A DNA stretch of 64,000 nt, from positions 2,400,001 to 2,464,000 of the forward strand of contig CAWGMQ010000004.1 in NCBI GenBank assembly GCA_963823665.1. The letters run 5' to 3'. This stretch comes from an uncultured Planctomycetota bacterium (lineage in GTDB: Bacteria > Planctomycetota > Planctomycetia > Isosphaerales > Isosphaeraceae). Under the pieces are notes generated by a model. The model ran no database searches. It was not told the DNA's origin and saw nothing but the letters and a program-made list of their open reading frames with translations. Made by a program: the position numbers and the translations under genes. Shown piece after piece: positions 9,715-20,300 of this stretch (position 1 is its first letter; each line of letters starts with the position of its first letter).

Positions 9715-11115
9715 CTACGCCGGCCCGGGCAGCGCTAACGCCGGGTCGCCGTAGACCATGTACTTCATACCCTGGAAGAAAATGCTCGCGGGGTACCAAT
9801 CCTTGTTCGGCGCAATGGTTTCCAGGTGCTCAGCATTGTAGTAATAGTTGATGGCGCCAGCCCAGCAGTCACCGACCGTTGGCTCAGGCAGGTCGTGTAA
9901 TGTCTGGACAAACCCCTCAAGCAATGTCAGGCCACACGGCTGGCCTCCCGTGTTGCATCCGATGTAGGCAACGGCTCCGGTCATGCCGTGACGCACCAGG
10001 ACTTTACCTAGCCCTGTGTAATTATAGGCTCCCCGGGCATAAGGCGACGGAGGCGGTGGCGGGGACGTGAAAACCTCGCCAGCATCTGTTCCTGCGTGCT
10101 TCGCGCCGTGGACATCCTCGTAAGGCTCATAAGGCGGTAATGTGGCAAACCTCGCCGTCGAACAGCCGGCCGAGAGCATGACAGGCAGCCGATCACCGTT
10201 TTGCAGGTGCGACAGCGTACGAGCTCGAATGCTGTGAACCCAGCCGTTGTCTTCGCCATGCCCCACGTGGAAGACGAGTGAAGCACCCTTGTTCAAAAGC
10301 GCGGCGACATGACCTTCGTCGGACGAATTTGCCTTTGCCCCGCTACCGTAGAGCTTCAAGCTTTTCCATCCGGCCGGAAGTTCTTGGGTCCACCGGTCCA
10401 TCTGTCTGCGGGCATCGACCCAGCCAGGCACGTAGATAAACGCCGCAGTTCGAGCGGCCTCTTTCTTCATCATCAGATTGGCTCGGTCCTGCGCGATCGT
10501 CTTGTCAGCTAATAGCTCGACCTGGGCAGCGGAATCAACAGGCCAGCGACCAACGGCGAGCTCTGCCCGGTAATCGATCTGATCGAAGTTGATCGGATCG
10601 CTCTTGTTCTTCTCGCCGCGCACTTCGCCAAAGTACGACGCGTGAAACCCGTCCTTGCGTGCATTCCAGTCGTCAAAGCTGCCGTCGCGCCGGGCAACAT
10701 CTGCGTAATAGAGATCGGAAGGGTAGAAGGCGTAGTCGAAAGCCGTGGGCGTCACGCGGTCCAGGACCATATACCGCACCGGCACGATGTCGGCGTCTCC
10801 TACCAAGAGCACGTAGCGCAGACGCCGCTGCTTGTACTCGTCGTAGAGCCAGCGCTTCAGGCGCTCCGGGTCATCTGCCCCCGTGGTTTCCTTGAGGATC
10901 GCCTCGAGCGATGCCAGTTTGGTCGGGCGCTGTTCCGATCGGTAGGCGATGAATCTCGCCAGAGCCTGGTGGAACCGTTCCGGGGCAACGACGACCATTT
11001 CCCGCCGCCCGTCGGCTGGAAGGTGTGACCCTTCCACTCCGCCTGACGTGAAAGCTGCGAAAATGAGACTAAATGCGACGATACGAGGGTAAGGTCGCGG
11101 CAGTAGCCTTTGCAT
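9715..11115 (-). CDS. C25 (gingipain-like) cysteine peptidase
   Basis: Signal peptide, YVLLVGDADIVP, SDLYY, ELAVGRWP, His motif HVGHG, Cys motif SAGCSTA, GAVAYIG and YGDPAL. Confidence 0.88.
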   Translation of the reverse strand: MQRLLPRPYPRIVAFSLIFAAFTSGGVEGSHLPADGRREMVVVAPERFHQALARFIAYRSEQRPTKLASLEAILKETTGADDPERLKRWLYDEYKQRRLRYVLLVGDADIVPVRYMVLDRVTPTAFDYAFYPSDLYYADVARRDGSFDDWNARKDGFHASYFGEVRGEKNKSDPINFDQIDYRAELAVGRWPVDSAAQVELLADKTIAQDRANLMMKKEAARTAAFIYVPGWVDARRQMDRWTQELPAGWKSLKLYGSGAKANSSDEGHVAALLNKGASLVFHVGHGEDNGWVHSIRARTLSHLQNGDRLPVMLSAGCSTARFATLPPYEPYEDVHGAKHAGTDAGEVFTSPPPPPSPYARGAYNYTGLGKVLVRHGMTGAVAYIGCNTGGQPCGLTLLEGFVQTLHDLPEPTVGDCWAGAINYYYNAEHLETIAPNKDWYPASIFFQGMKYMVYGDPALALPGPA

Positions 11116-11198
11116 GAACGTCTCCGGCAGAGTCCGCGATGATCAGAGCGCGATTCGCGCCGTTTACTTTGAGCGAGGCTTGCCGATTCTGCTGAGCA

Positions 11199-14096
11199 CT
11201 AGTTGCACTGCAGGCATGCCGCGCCGGTGGTCTTGAGAGAGATCGTCGCCCGGCGAGCCGCGTTTGCCGTCGGCGTAGTACCTTGCTCGTAATCCTCGAT
11301 TGCAAAGATCGCGCCCAGGTAAACGTTCTTCAGTTGGTACTTCGTGGGATCGCTTTCATAAAGGGCCCGCTGCTCTTTGTAATAAGTTGTGTCGGGCAGG
11401 AGATCCGATCCGGCGGGAGGCGTCTCCAACTTGAAGAGTGCCCCGAGAATCGGTTGTTGCTGGTCGAACTCCTGCGGATTCTTCGTGTAAAGCTCGCGAT
11501 CGAGAGGCGCATCGAAATGCGCATTCCTGGGCACGAGCGTTGTCGGCGTCGTCGGAATTCCTGAGATTTCCATGCCGATCAGAGTGCCGATTTGAGGATG
11601 CCAGTAGTCAAACCGCGTCGGATCGTGGCTCCGTCGCCTGCGCACGTAGTTATAGTAAGGTGTGTCGGGCAATAGCTTCAGCGGGCCTGTCGAGGTAACG
11701 CTCGACTTGATCGTGATATAAACAGTCGCCACGTTACTCAGCGTCGTGCCCAGTTGCGCCTGGTAGGTGAATGAATCGGAGCCCACGTAATTGAACGAAG
11801 GCGTGTACGCGAACGAGCCATTGGAGTTGAACGACAGCGCACCGTGCTGTGGGCCGGCCGTGAGCACAGCCGTGAGGGCGGCGCCTCTCGGTAAGTCATT
11901 GGTCAATACTCCGGGTGCTCCGACATTTAGCTGGACGTTCACCGTCGTTGTGTAATAGTCGTTCACTGCGACCGGCGTCTGCGTCGTCAAAACTGGCGTA
12001 ACCGTAATTGAAACGGTCGCCGCGCTGCTCGCCAGCACGCCGTTGGTACCTGTGAACTGGAAGCTGTCCGTGCCAGAATAACCGCTATTGGGAGTGTAGA
12101 CGAAGGTTGGCGCACTTCCTGAAAGTTTCCCGTGAGCAGGCTGTGCAGTGACTGTGAACGTAAGTGGCAGCGGCGGCGAATTTGGATCAGAGCCTTGCAG
12201 TGCGATCGGCGTGCTGGTGTTCTCGGCTGTAGTCACCGATTGCGCATTGGCTGCCGGCTGGCCAATCACCGTTATTGAAACCGTCGCAGCTTCACTCGAG
12301 CTCGTGCTATTGCTATCCGTGAACTGAAGCTCGTCATCGCCGAAGTATCCGGGGTCGGGTGTGTATGTCAGTTTCGGAGCCGTCCCTGAAAGCGTTCCAT
12401 GTAATGGTTGTGCAGTTACAGCAAATGAAAGCGCAAGCGGTGGTGAGTCAGGATCCGTGCCGGTCAGTGTGAACGTGACGGCGCTGTTCTCACCAGTCGT
12501 GATCGAAGTGGGCCCGGTTGCGCTTGGTTGGCCCACAACAGCAATCGATACAGTCGCTGCGCTGCTGGTTTGAACTCCATTGCTGTCGGTGAACTGAAAG
12601 CTGTCCGGCCCGATATAACTGCTGCTGGGCGTGTAAGTCAGATCGGGCGCCGTTCCGGATAGGGTGCCATGGGTGGGCTGTGCGGTGATCGTGAATCCCA
12701 GCGGAAGCGGCGGTATGTTGGGATCGGACCCCGTGACTGTAATGGCCGTTGCCGTGTCCTCCGGCACCGACACCGACTGATTATTCGCCGTGGGTGCTTG
12801 AACGACGATTGGCTGAAACGTGAACGATTGGCTTCCTTGAGCATTCACATTTCCCGCGAGATCCGCAACCTGACCGGCCACCTCCGTAACGGTGATCGGT
12901 CCAGCCAGTAGGATCCCACCGTTCTGACTGTAGGAATAGCGTTCCAGGTCGTTGCCAAGATCCTGCACCGAGTCGATCGTTACACCCGTGACCGTGATGT
13001 TTCCAATGCCAAAAGTGTTCGCATTGATCGGCGCCGTCCCGGCGTCGGTCCACTGTACGTCCACGTATCCAGGATCCTGTGTGATCGTTGAGTCAGGTGC
13101 TGGAGTCACGAGCGTCCCGACAGGCACTTGTTGATCGATCGTGATCATCTGCGTGGCAACGGAGCTTCCCGCTGCGTTTGTAGCCTGCACGCTCACCGAG
13201 TTCGGTCCCTGCGCCAACTCGACACCGGTGAACGTGAAATTTCCGTTGGCGTCAGAGGTCGTGGTGCCATTGATAAAACCGTTGCCGGTCGTTTCCAGCG
13301 ATACCGTCACATCCGGATCGGTCACGCCGATCAAGTTCACAGGATCGAAGTTGGTGATGTTCTCACCAACCGGGCCTGAGTTGGTCGCTGGGTCCAGCGT
13401 GAACGAAACCGGCGGCGGTGCTGCTCCCTGGTTCACCGTCACAGCCGTGATCCGCACCGAGCTGCTCGCCGGGGCAAACCCAATCAAGTCGAAGTACAGC
13501 GTGGCCTGCGTATTGGCCGGCACGCTCGATACGTCGACGCTGATTTCCTCGGGAAACGCGAGCGAGCTCACGGACCCTGACACCCCTGCCCCGGGCACAG
13601 TCACCTGCGGCGCATAATACACCTGGCCTGTCTGCTGGATGTTCAAGAACGCGTCCGTGTTTGCCAGTCCCGTCGCTGGTCCAACGAGCGGTTGATTGTT
13701 CGTGGAATTCAAAAGCGCTGCCTCAAAGGCATCCGGCGGGTTCCCAGGTCCATTGGCAACCAGATCGGAAGTCACGATCGCGAACTGAAGCGTCGTGGTC
13801 CCCGGCGCGATCGTGAAGCTCTGAGAAAGCTGGGTCTCGACTGTCGTACCCTCATTCAGAATTCCTTCTCCATTTGCAATCGAGGCGTTTCCCTGCGTCG
13901 TCCAACCATAATTCGGATCAGACGGGTCGCTGATCGAAAAGTTACCATTAAGCAGGCCAGAGAGTACAACGCGCTCTTCTAACTGCTCGAGCAACATTCG
14001 ACGCTTTGACCGAGCGCACAGCCTGTTGCATTTCCACGCCCATCCATGCGACGCAATCTCCACAAATATCCGACGCTCGCGCCTCTCATCATTCAC
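11199..14096 (-). CDS. Extracellular Ig-like/tandem-95 (Big_9-type) repeat protein
   Basis: LEQLEERVVL leader; about 4 repeats of PxHGTLSGTAPxLTYTP..YxGxDSFQF; RBS GGGAGA before GTG. Confidence 0.88.
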   Translation of the reverse strand: MNDERRERRIFVEIASHGWAWKCNRLCARSKRRMLLEQLEERVVLSGLLNGNFSISDPSDPNYGWTTQGNASIANGEGILNEGTTVETQLSQSFTIAPGTTTLQFAIVTSDLVANGPGNPPDAFEAALLNSTNNQPLVGPATGLANTDAFLNIQQTGQVYYAPQVTVPGAGVSGSVSSLAFPEEISVDVSSVPANTQATLYFDLIGFAPASSSVRITAVTVNQGAAPPPVSFTLDPATNSGPVGENITNFDPVNLIGVTDPDVTVSLETTGNGFINGTTTSDANGNFTFTGVELAQGPNSVSVQATNAAGSSVATQMITIDQQVPVGTLVTPAPDSTITQDPGYVDVQWTDAGTAPINANTFGIGNITVTGVTIDSVQDLGNDLERYSYSQNGGILLAGPITVTEVAGQVADLAGNVNAQGSQSFTFQPIVVQAPTANNQSVSVPEDTATAITVTGSDPNIPPLPLGFTITAQPTHGTLSGTAPDLTYTPSSSYIGPDSFQFTDSNGVQTSSAATVSIAVVGQPSATGPTSITTGENSAVTFTLTGTDPDSPPLALSFAVTAQPLHGTLSGTAPKLTYTPDPGYFGDDELQFTDSNSTSSSEAATVSITVIGQPAANAQSVTTAENTSTPIALQGSDPNSPPLPLTFTVTAQPAHGKLSGSAPTFVYTPNSGYSGTDSFQFTGTNGVLASSAATVSITVTPVLTTQTPVAVNDYYTTTVNVQLNVGAPGVLTNDLPRGAALTAVLTAGPQHGALSFNSNGSFAYTPSFNYVGSDSFTYQAQLGTTLSNVATVYITIKSSVTSTGPLKLLPDTPYYNYVRRRRSHDPTRFDYWHPQIGTLIGMEISGIPTTPTTLVPRNAHFDAPLDRELYTKNPQEFDQQQPILGALFKLETPPAGSDLLPDTTYYKEQRALYESDPTKYQLKNVYLGAIFAIEDYEQGTTPTANAARRATISLKTTGAACLQCN

Positions 14097-14396
14097 TCTC
14101 CCTGGGCGTGCTGCACTCGCCTCTGTACTCGGATGCCCAGATTCCTTCGTCTGTCAGTCTGGGATAACTGCGTAATTCTAACAGTTTGAATATGCCCGTG
14201 CGGCCGATTGACAATTTCGCATACCACATCAACGAGCCGGAAATGGACAATTTTCATGATAGCATCGATGCATTTCCGTAAGCGATACGGGGTCGATTCG
14301 ATTTTGGGCCGGGAGCGTGGTTTTGAATTCCAATGGTTCAACGACTTGGTTTGTGGTGCTGTGGCGGTCAGACGCACATGCCGTGTTTGCGACGCT

Positions 14397-17300
14397 TCAG
14401 GGCTTTTGCTTCATGACCGAACCGCGTTTCGCAAGGTGCACAGCCAGGTCGCCGTCAGGCCTGTTTGTAGCTTTCTTGCCGGCTGCCTTGCCGGGCGATT
14501 TGACAACAACGCGGCGCTTCGAGCCGTTGTGCTCAGAGCTCGCTCCTGCGTGGTTCACCTTCACCGTGACCGAGCGCTTATTCGCGTGCTCCGGCTTCTT
14601 GTCTTTCTTTTCCTTGGTGACGACGCTGCCGAGCGAATGAACTGCTTGATCCACCACGGTCGCCGGTGAAACGGGCGAGCTCGTGCTGGTCGCAGCTCCT
14701 GCACCTGACGAGCCCGTTGCTGGGGTAGACGGTGCCACCCCGTTGATGACGTTGATGATCTGGACATCAAGAGCCGATGGCAGCTCTTGAACGCTGGGAG
14801 CCAACGTCGCGCTCATGAGATCGTTGGCATAGATGCTCGAATTGAGCTCCTGGTCAGAATCAACCAGGGCGGCGGAAATCCCCGGCCCAACAAACGTTTG
14901 CGAGCCGTTGATCGTCTCCACATGCTGCTCGAAGCTGGGATTGTTCGGCAGGAAGCCTTCGAGATGGCCGAGTTCGTGCAGGAGCACTGTGAGCAGGTCG
15001 TAATGACCATAAGCGGCTGAGCCAGGCTGCGCTGCGTAGGCATTGTTAGCTAGCGTCTGGGAAAAGTCACTCTTGTTACCTGGCGCATCAGGATCGTCGT
15101 ACCAGCCAGCTCCGTTGGCGTTGGGCGAGAGCAGAATTACCCCGTTTGTAGCCTGCCCGGCGCTGTTCCAGTCGGTGACGTAAGTCTCACCCAGAACGCC
15201 TGAGGGGAGGGTAGCGACGACAATAGTCGGCATGAACGGCAGGGGCCTCCCCAGGGAGGTTTGCCACAATGTTAGCGCTTCTGGCAGGAGTGCGGTCAGC
15301 GCAGGGTCATCGCTCGAGATGAGCCCGCTTGGAGCGACCGGGATCACCCCGGCGGCGGGAAGACTCGCCAGGAGCTGACCGGAACGAATCGTATGCCCAT
15401 TCTGAGCAACGGTGATCGAGTTGGCGAGCGGGGGTCCCTGAAGGAAATTCGCTGTCAAACTGGCCCGGGCGCCCATGAAATTAGCCACGATGTTGTTGGC
15501 GAGAACTTTCGCGTTTCCTTGCGTTGAGCCAAATAGTGTGGCCGAGTCGCCGATCACCTGCGCCGCTTCGCCCAAGATACCCGCAGGGCTGCCGCTGAAG
15601 CCGTAGAACGTCTCCGCGAGGATAAGCGGACCGTTGAGATCGCCGACCAACGTCGAGTCGACGGAATAACTTGGAGTGCCAGGCCGCAATGGTCCTTGGG
15701 TGTCGTTCGTGTCGTAATAGAAGGTCAGTACCTCCATCGCATCCAAGCCCAACAACCCGTTGTAATAGGCATTCACACCGATCTGGACAACAAACAGGGC
15801 GAGGGCGAACAAGGGATTGGTCAGAAACACGAACGCCTTGCTGATAAACGGAGGAACTTTAGGAAGCGCGGCGCCAAGGTCTCCCGTATGGAGATACGTA
15901 TAGCCGCCACCCAAGACTCCGATCGCGCCGACTAGCAATGAAATCGCATCGAAGACGACGACGACCACGGCGTCCACGAAAAGATCATTAATGGCAGGCA
16001 GCGCGCTGGGGTTCACTGCCCCGAGGGTGTGTCGCAGTATGTTGATGGTCGGAATCTCGTCATTGATGGAGACAATGTCCATTTCCGCCTGAGCGGCCGT
16101 GGCCACAAGACCGATAGCGGTGGCGCCAAAAGCAAGTAGGGGCGATTCAAAGAGAAAAAGCCCGAAGATCCCCAGCGCAATGCTGCCCAATGCTATATCG
16201 CTTATGATGGCCGTAGGAGACGTGGGAGTGATCGACTGGCCGGAGGGATCGATCAGATTCACGGGGTTGTTTTGCGCGTACACGTAGCGGTGCAGCGACA
16301 GAGCATCACCCGTCAGGGCGGGGAGTGGGTCGGATTGAGTGAAGCGCCCCGTTGTCGGGTCATACAGCCGCGCCCGCATATAGTACTGTCCGGAGAACTG
16401 GTCGAACTGCTGTCCGGAATAGAGGAACTGCGTTGCCGCGGTGTATGGGTTGAAACCGATCGGATTGCCGAAGGCTGTGTAGGCGAAGCGATCGGTAATT
16501 GCTCCCTGCATGTTGGTCAGCAGGCGCGTCGAGCCGTGTCCATCGTAGAGGAAGAACCGTAGGCTGGAGAGGCTGGTGCCGACCTGGCCAACGATGTCAT
16601 CGCCCAGGATATAGGTCATAGTCACGGCGTGCGTTGTTCCGTCGCGCTCCTCCAGCACCTGTGCATACCCGCTGGGATTCTCTTCATCGACAACATAATC
16701 CGTGCTCGTGACGGTGGCTGGGCCACCGTTGATGATGACCGACGTGACGGTCCGCACTTTATTTCCACTGGTATCGTAGTAGTACGTCGTCGTGGTGACC
16801 TGCGTCTGCCCGGCGGCTGGCGAGCTTATCATCGTCGCCGTGAGCATCTGATTCTGGAGGTTATAGGTGTACTGTTCGACCATTTGCCCGTTGACCGACT
16901 CGGTCAGCAGGGAACCGTTTGCGTCATAGGTGTACGTGGTCACCGTGCCGTTGCTGGAGGTCTGCGCCAGTAACTCGTAATCATTGTTGTAGGTGTAGTT
17001 GACCGTGACGGTGCCGCTCGGGGTTGTGGTGACCATCGAGAGGCGGTTGCCAGCCAGGTCATAGGTGTAATCGATGGTGTAATCAAACTGTGGCTGGCCT
17101 CCCGTCAGGTCTTGCGACTTCTCCTGCGTCAACCGCCCCAGCGCATCGTAGGTATAGGTGATCTCTGTCTTGGCAAGGGTCCCATCCGCCTGCAGCGTGG
17201 TTTCAGTCGCCTGCAGCCTGTTGCCATTGGCATCATTGACGTAGTCATATTCGCTGAGCAGATCCCCGGCCGCATCCTTGGTGACTTGCTGAGTCAGGTT

Positions 17301-20300
17301 GCCGTTTGCGTCATATGAATAAGTGACTGTGTCGCCGTTCGGCAGTGTCTCACTCTGTCGCAAACCGGTGGCTGTATAGGTGTAGGTCGTCGTCAGTGGG
17401 GTCGCCAGGGTCTCTCCGTTGAGTTCGTCAGCCGTCGTTGAAGTGAGGTCTCCCATCACATCGTAGGTGTACTGGATGTCGGTAGAATCCGTGTACATTC
17501 CGAGGAGGTTGCCGGTCGCCGGGTCGTAGACGTAATGGAGCTCGGCTTCAGGGGAATCGATCTCGGTGACCTGCCCGTCGGTGTTGTAGGAATACGTGGT
17601 CAGTCCAATGCGTGGATCATTCACCGTTTGAAGCTGGCCCATGGCGGTATAGGTGAAAGTGATGCTATATGACGGCACCCCCGAATTGGCCTGCGCCACG
17701 TTCTGGTAATAGTCTGCCTCGACTTGCTCGCCCTGGCTGTTGTAGATGTACTGCGTGACCTGGCCATCGAAGTCGATGGCGCGGGTAACCTGGTTGTTAT
17801 TGTTGTAGATGTACTGATTGGTCTCCCCGTCGGGGAGGGTTTCGGAAAGTTGGTCCCCGTAAGGGTCGTAGGTGTACTTGGTCACATTACCCAGCGGGTC
17901 GGTAACCTGAAGTAAATCGCCAAGCGAGTCGTAGACGTAGGTGTAAGTGGGGCTGGTAAGAGCTCCGCCGTTGTTTGGATCGGTCACGGCGGGGAGAATT
18001 TCCTCGGTTAGCTCTCCTAGAGAGTTGTAGACGTACTGGGTCGTGTTCCCCAGAGCGTCTGTTTCTGAGACCACGTCCCCCTGTGAGTTGTAGGACTCCT
18101 TGATGGTAGAACCATCCGGGAGAATCGTTTCGGTGAGGTTTCCCAGGCTGTCGTACTGAAACCGTGTTTGCTGTCCCAGGGCGTCCGTCTGGAGAATTTC
18201 CCTGCCGTACTGGTCGTAGGCAAAAGTGGTGCGGCCGCCCAACGCGTCGATGCTGGCCGTCTCTTCGCCGAGACTGTTGTACTCGTAAGTGGTTGTACCC
18301 TCACCCGTGGTCGTTGTGGACTGCACGTGGCCTTCGGAAGTGTAGACCGTGGTTGTGGTCGAGATGACGCCGGTGTCCGAAACGACGGAACTGGAGCTGT
18401 TTCCCGCCGGAGTCGTCGTGATGTCGATCAGGAGGCCGGAAACGCGTTCGGTTTCCGCCACACGTCCCAGGGCATCGTACTCGGTGTATGTCCCATCCGG
18501 CAGGACGCCGCTCTGAGGGTTAAATGCATCTGTCCGATAGATCACACGGCCGAGCAGGTCGTAAACGGTCAGAACGACGAGGTTACCCTGTTCCGTGGTC
18601 TCGATGGGGTTGCCGTTCAAGTCATACTTGATACCTAGCGTGATCCCGTTTTGATTCACGCCGCCCGTGACTTGCCCGTCCGCATTGTACTCTGTCTGCG
18701 ATGTGACACCGTCAGGATACGTTACGCCGGTGAGCTTACCGCCCGCGTTGTAAGTATAGGTGGCGTTCAGGACTTCCTGGTTACTGGGGTTGCTCGGGTC
18801 AACCCAGAGCGTGGATGAGGAAGTCGGATTACCATCCGCGTTTACGGTTCGCGTCTGGGGCAACCCGGCGTCACCGTCCGAAGCAGTTAACACCCCCTGG
18901 GAGTTATACTGGAATACCATCGCATCGCCAGGACCCTGGACCTCCGAGGTGATCTGGCCGGTCGTGTTATAGTTAATGGTCGTGGTGGCACCGGCGAAAT
19001 CCGTCACCTGCGTTGCATTCCCCTGGGCATCGTACTCCGTTGTAGCCGTGTTACCTTCAGGATCCGTGCTGGAAGTAGCCTGTCCAGCGGCGTTGTAGGT
19101 GTACGACGTCGTGTTACCGGCCAGGTCGGTCGTCGAGAGGAGATCGCCGTTGGAATCGTAGGTATTCGTGGTGGTCTGTGACGTGCCATCGGTGTATGTG
19201 ACCGTTTGCGCCAACACCTTGTTCAGCGAGTTGTATGTATACGTCGTGATTGTGCCGACGGGATTGATCTGCTCCACGATGTTCCCGTTCGTGTCGTATG
19301 CTGTTGTTGTGGTGTCGCCCAGTGCGTCTTCGGTCGTCTCGACACGATCGGGCAAGTCGTTATTGAAGGTCACGGCGTTACCCATTGCGTTCACGATCTC
19401 GGTGATGTGGCCACTCGAGTCGTAGTCGGTCCGGACGCCTTCCCGGCCCAGAGGGTCGTACACCGACAGCAGCAGGTGATCACTGTTGTAGGTGAACCGT
19501 GTGACATTGCCTTCCTGGTCGGTGACCGATACCAGATCTCCATAGGAGTCGTACTGGTACGTGATCGATTCCCCCATCGGGTCCGTAATTGACGTGATCC
19601 GGTTCTGAGAATCCCGTGTAAACGTCAGGCTGGCGCCGTCGGAGTTGATCTCACCATTCGTAGTGAACGCCGTCGTGTTGCCGTTAGCGTCAGTAACACT
19701 CTGAAGACCATTTGCCTCGGAGATGATATACACCGTACCGTTGGCTGCGGTGTACTTCCAGCTCGTCGGATTGTAGACCTGACCGGTTGACTGATCGATG
19801 AAAGTCACCGGCCCCACCTGGGCAGGAGACACGATGACGTTGTTATTGGTCAGCGCGACTAGCGACCCGGTGGTACCCGAATTGGGAACCGGCACGAAAA
19901 AGATACTGGTGGTTGCCAGCGGTGGAGCTGCAATGGTGTAAGTCTCACCCGTGAAGCCCATCAAGAACTGTTCCGTTGTCCCATCGGGCAGGTAGATGGT
20001 CACATAATCGTTCTGTGTATTCTGGAAGCTGTACTGAATCCTCGCGGGCTCACTCCCCAGGCCCGGTGGCAACCCGATGCCCGGCAGGCCGCCGAACCCT
20101 CCAAGACCTCCGAGCCCCGCGAGGCTGCCGAGCCCTCCGAGCGGATTGACCTGGGTAGCAGGTAGCTGCGTCTCGGTCTGGATGAAACCCGCGCCCAGCA
20201 CAGACGACGTTTCCACACTCATCTGCGTCGTGGTCAGCGTCCACCCGTATCCAAAGTCGCCGCTCACGTCTTTCGTGAGACTGCTGTAAGTGCGAGTGGC

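Noticed and set aside
14208..14258. Direct repeat GACAATTT x2 upstream of the Ig gene as an operator
   Set aside because: Only 8 bp with 36-bp spacing; could be chance.
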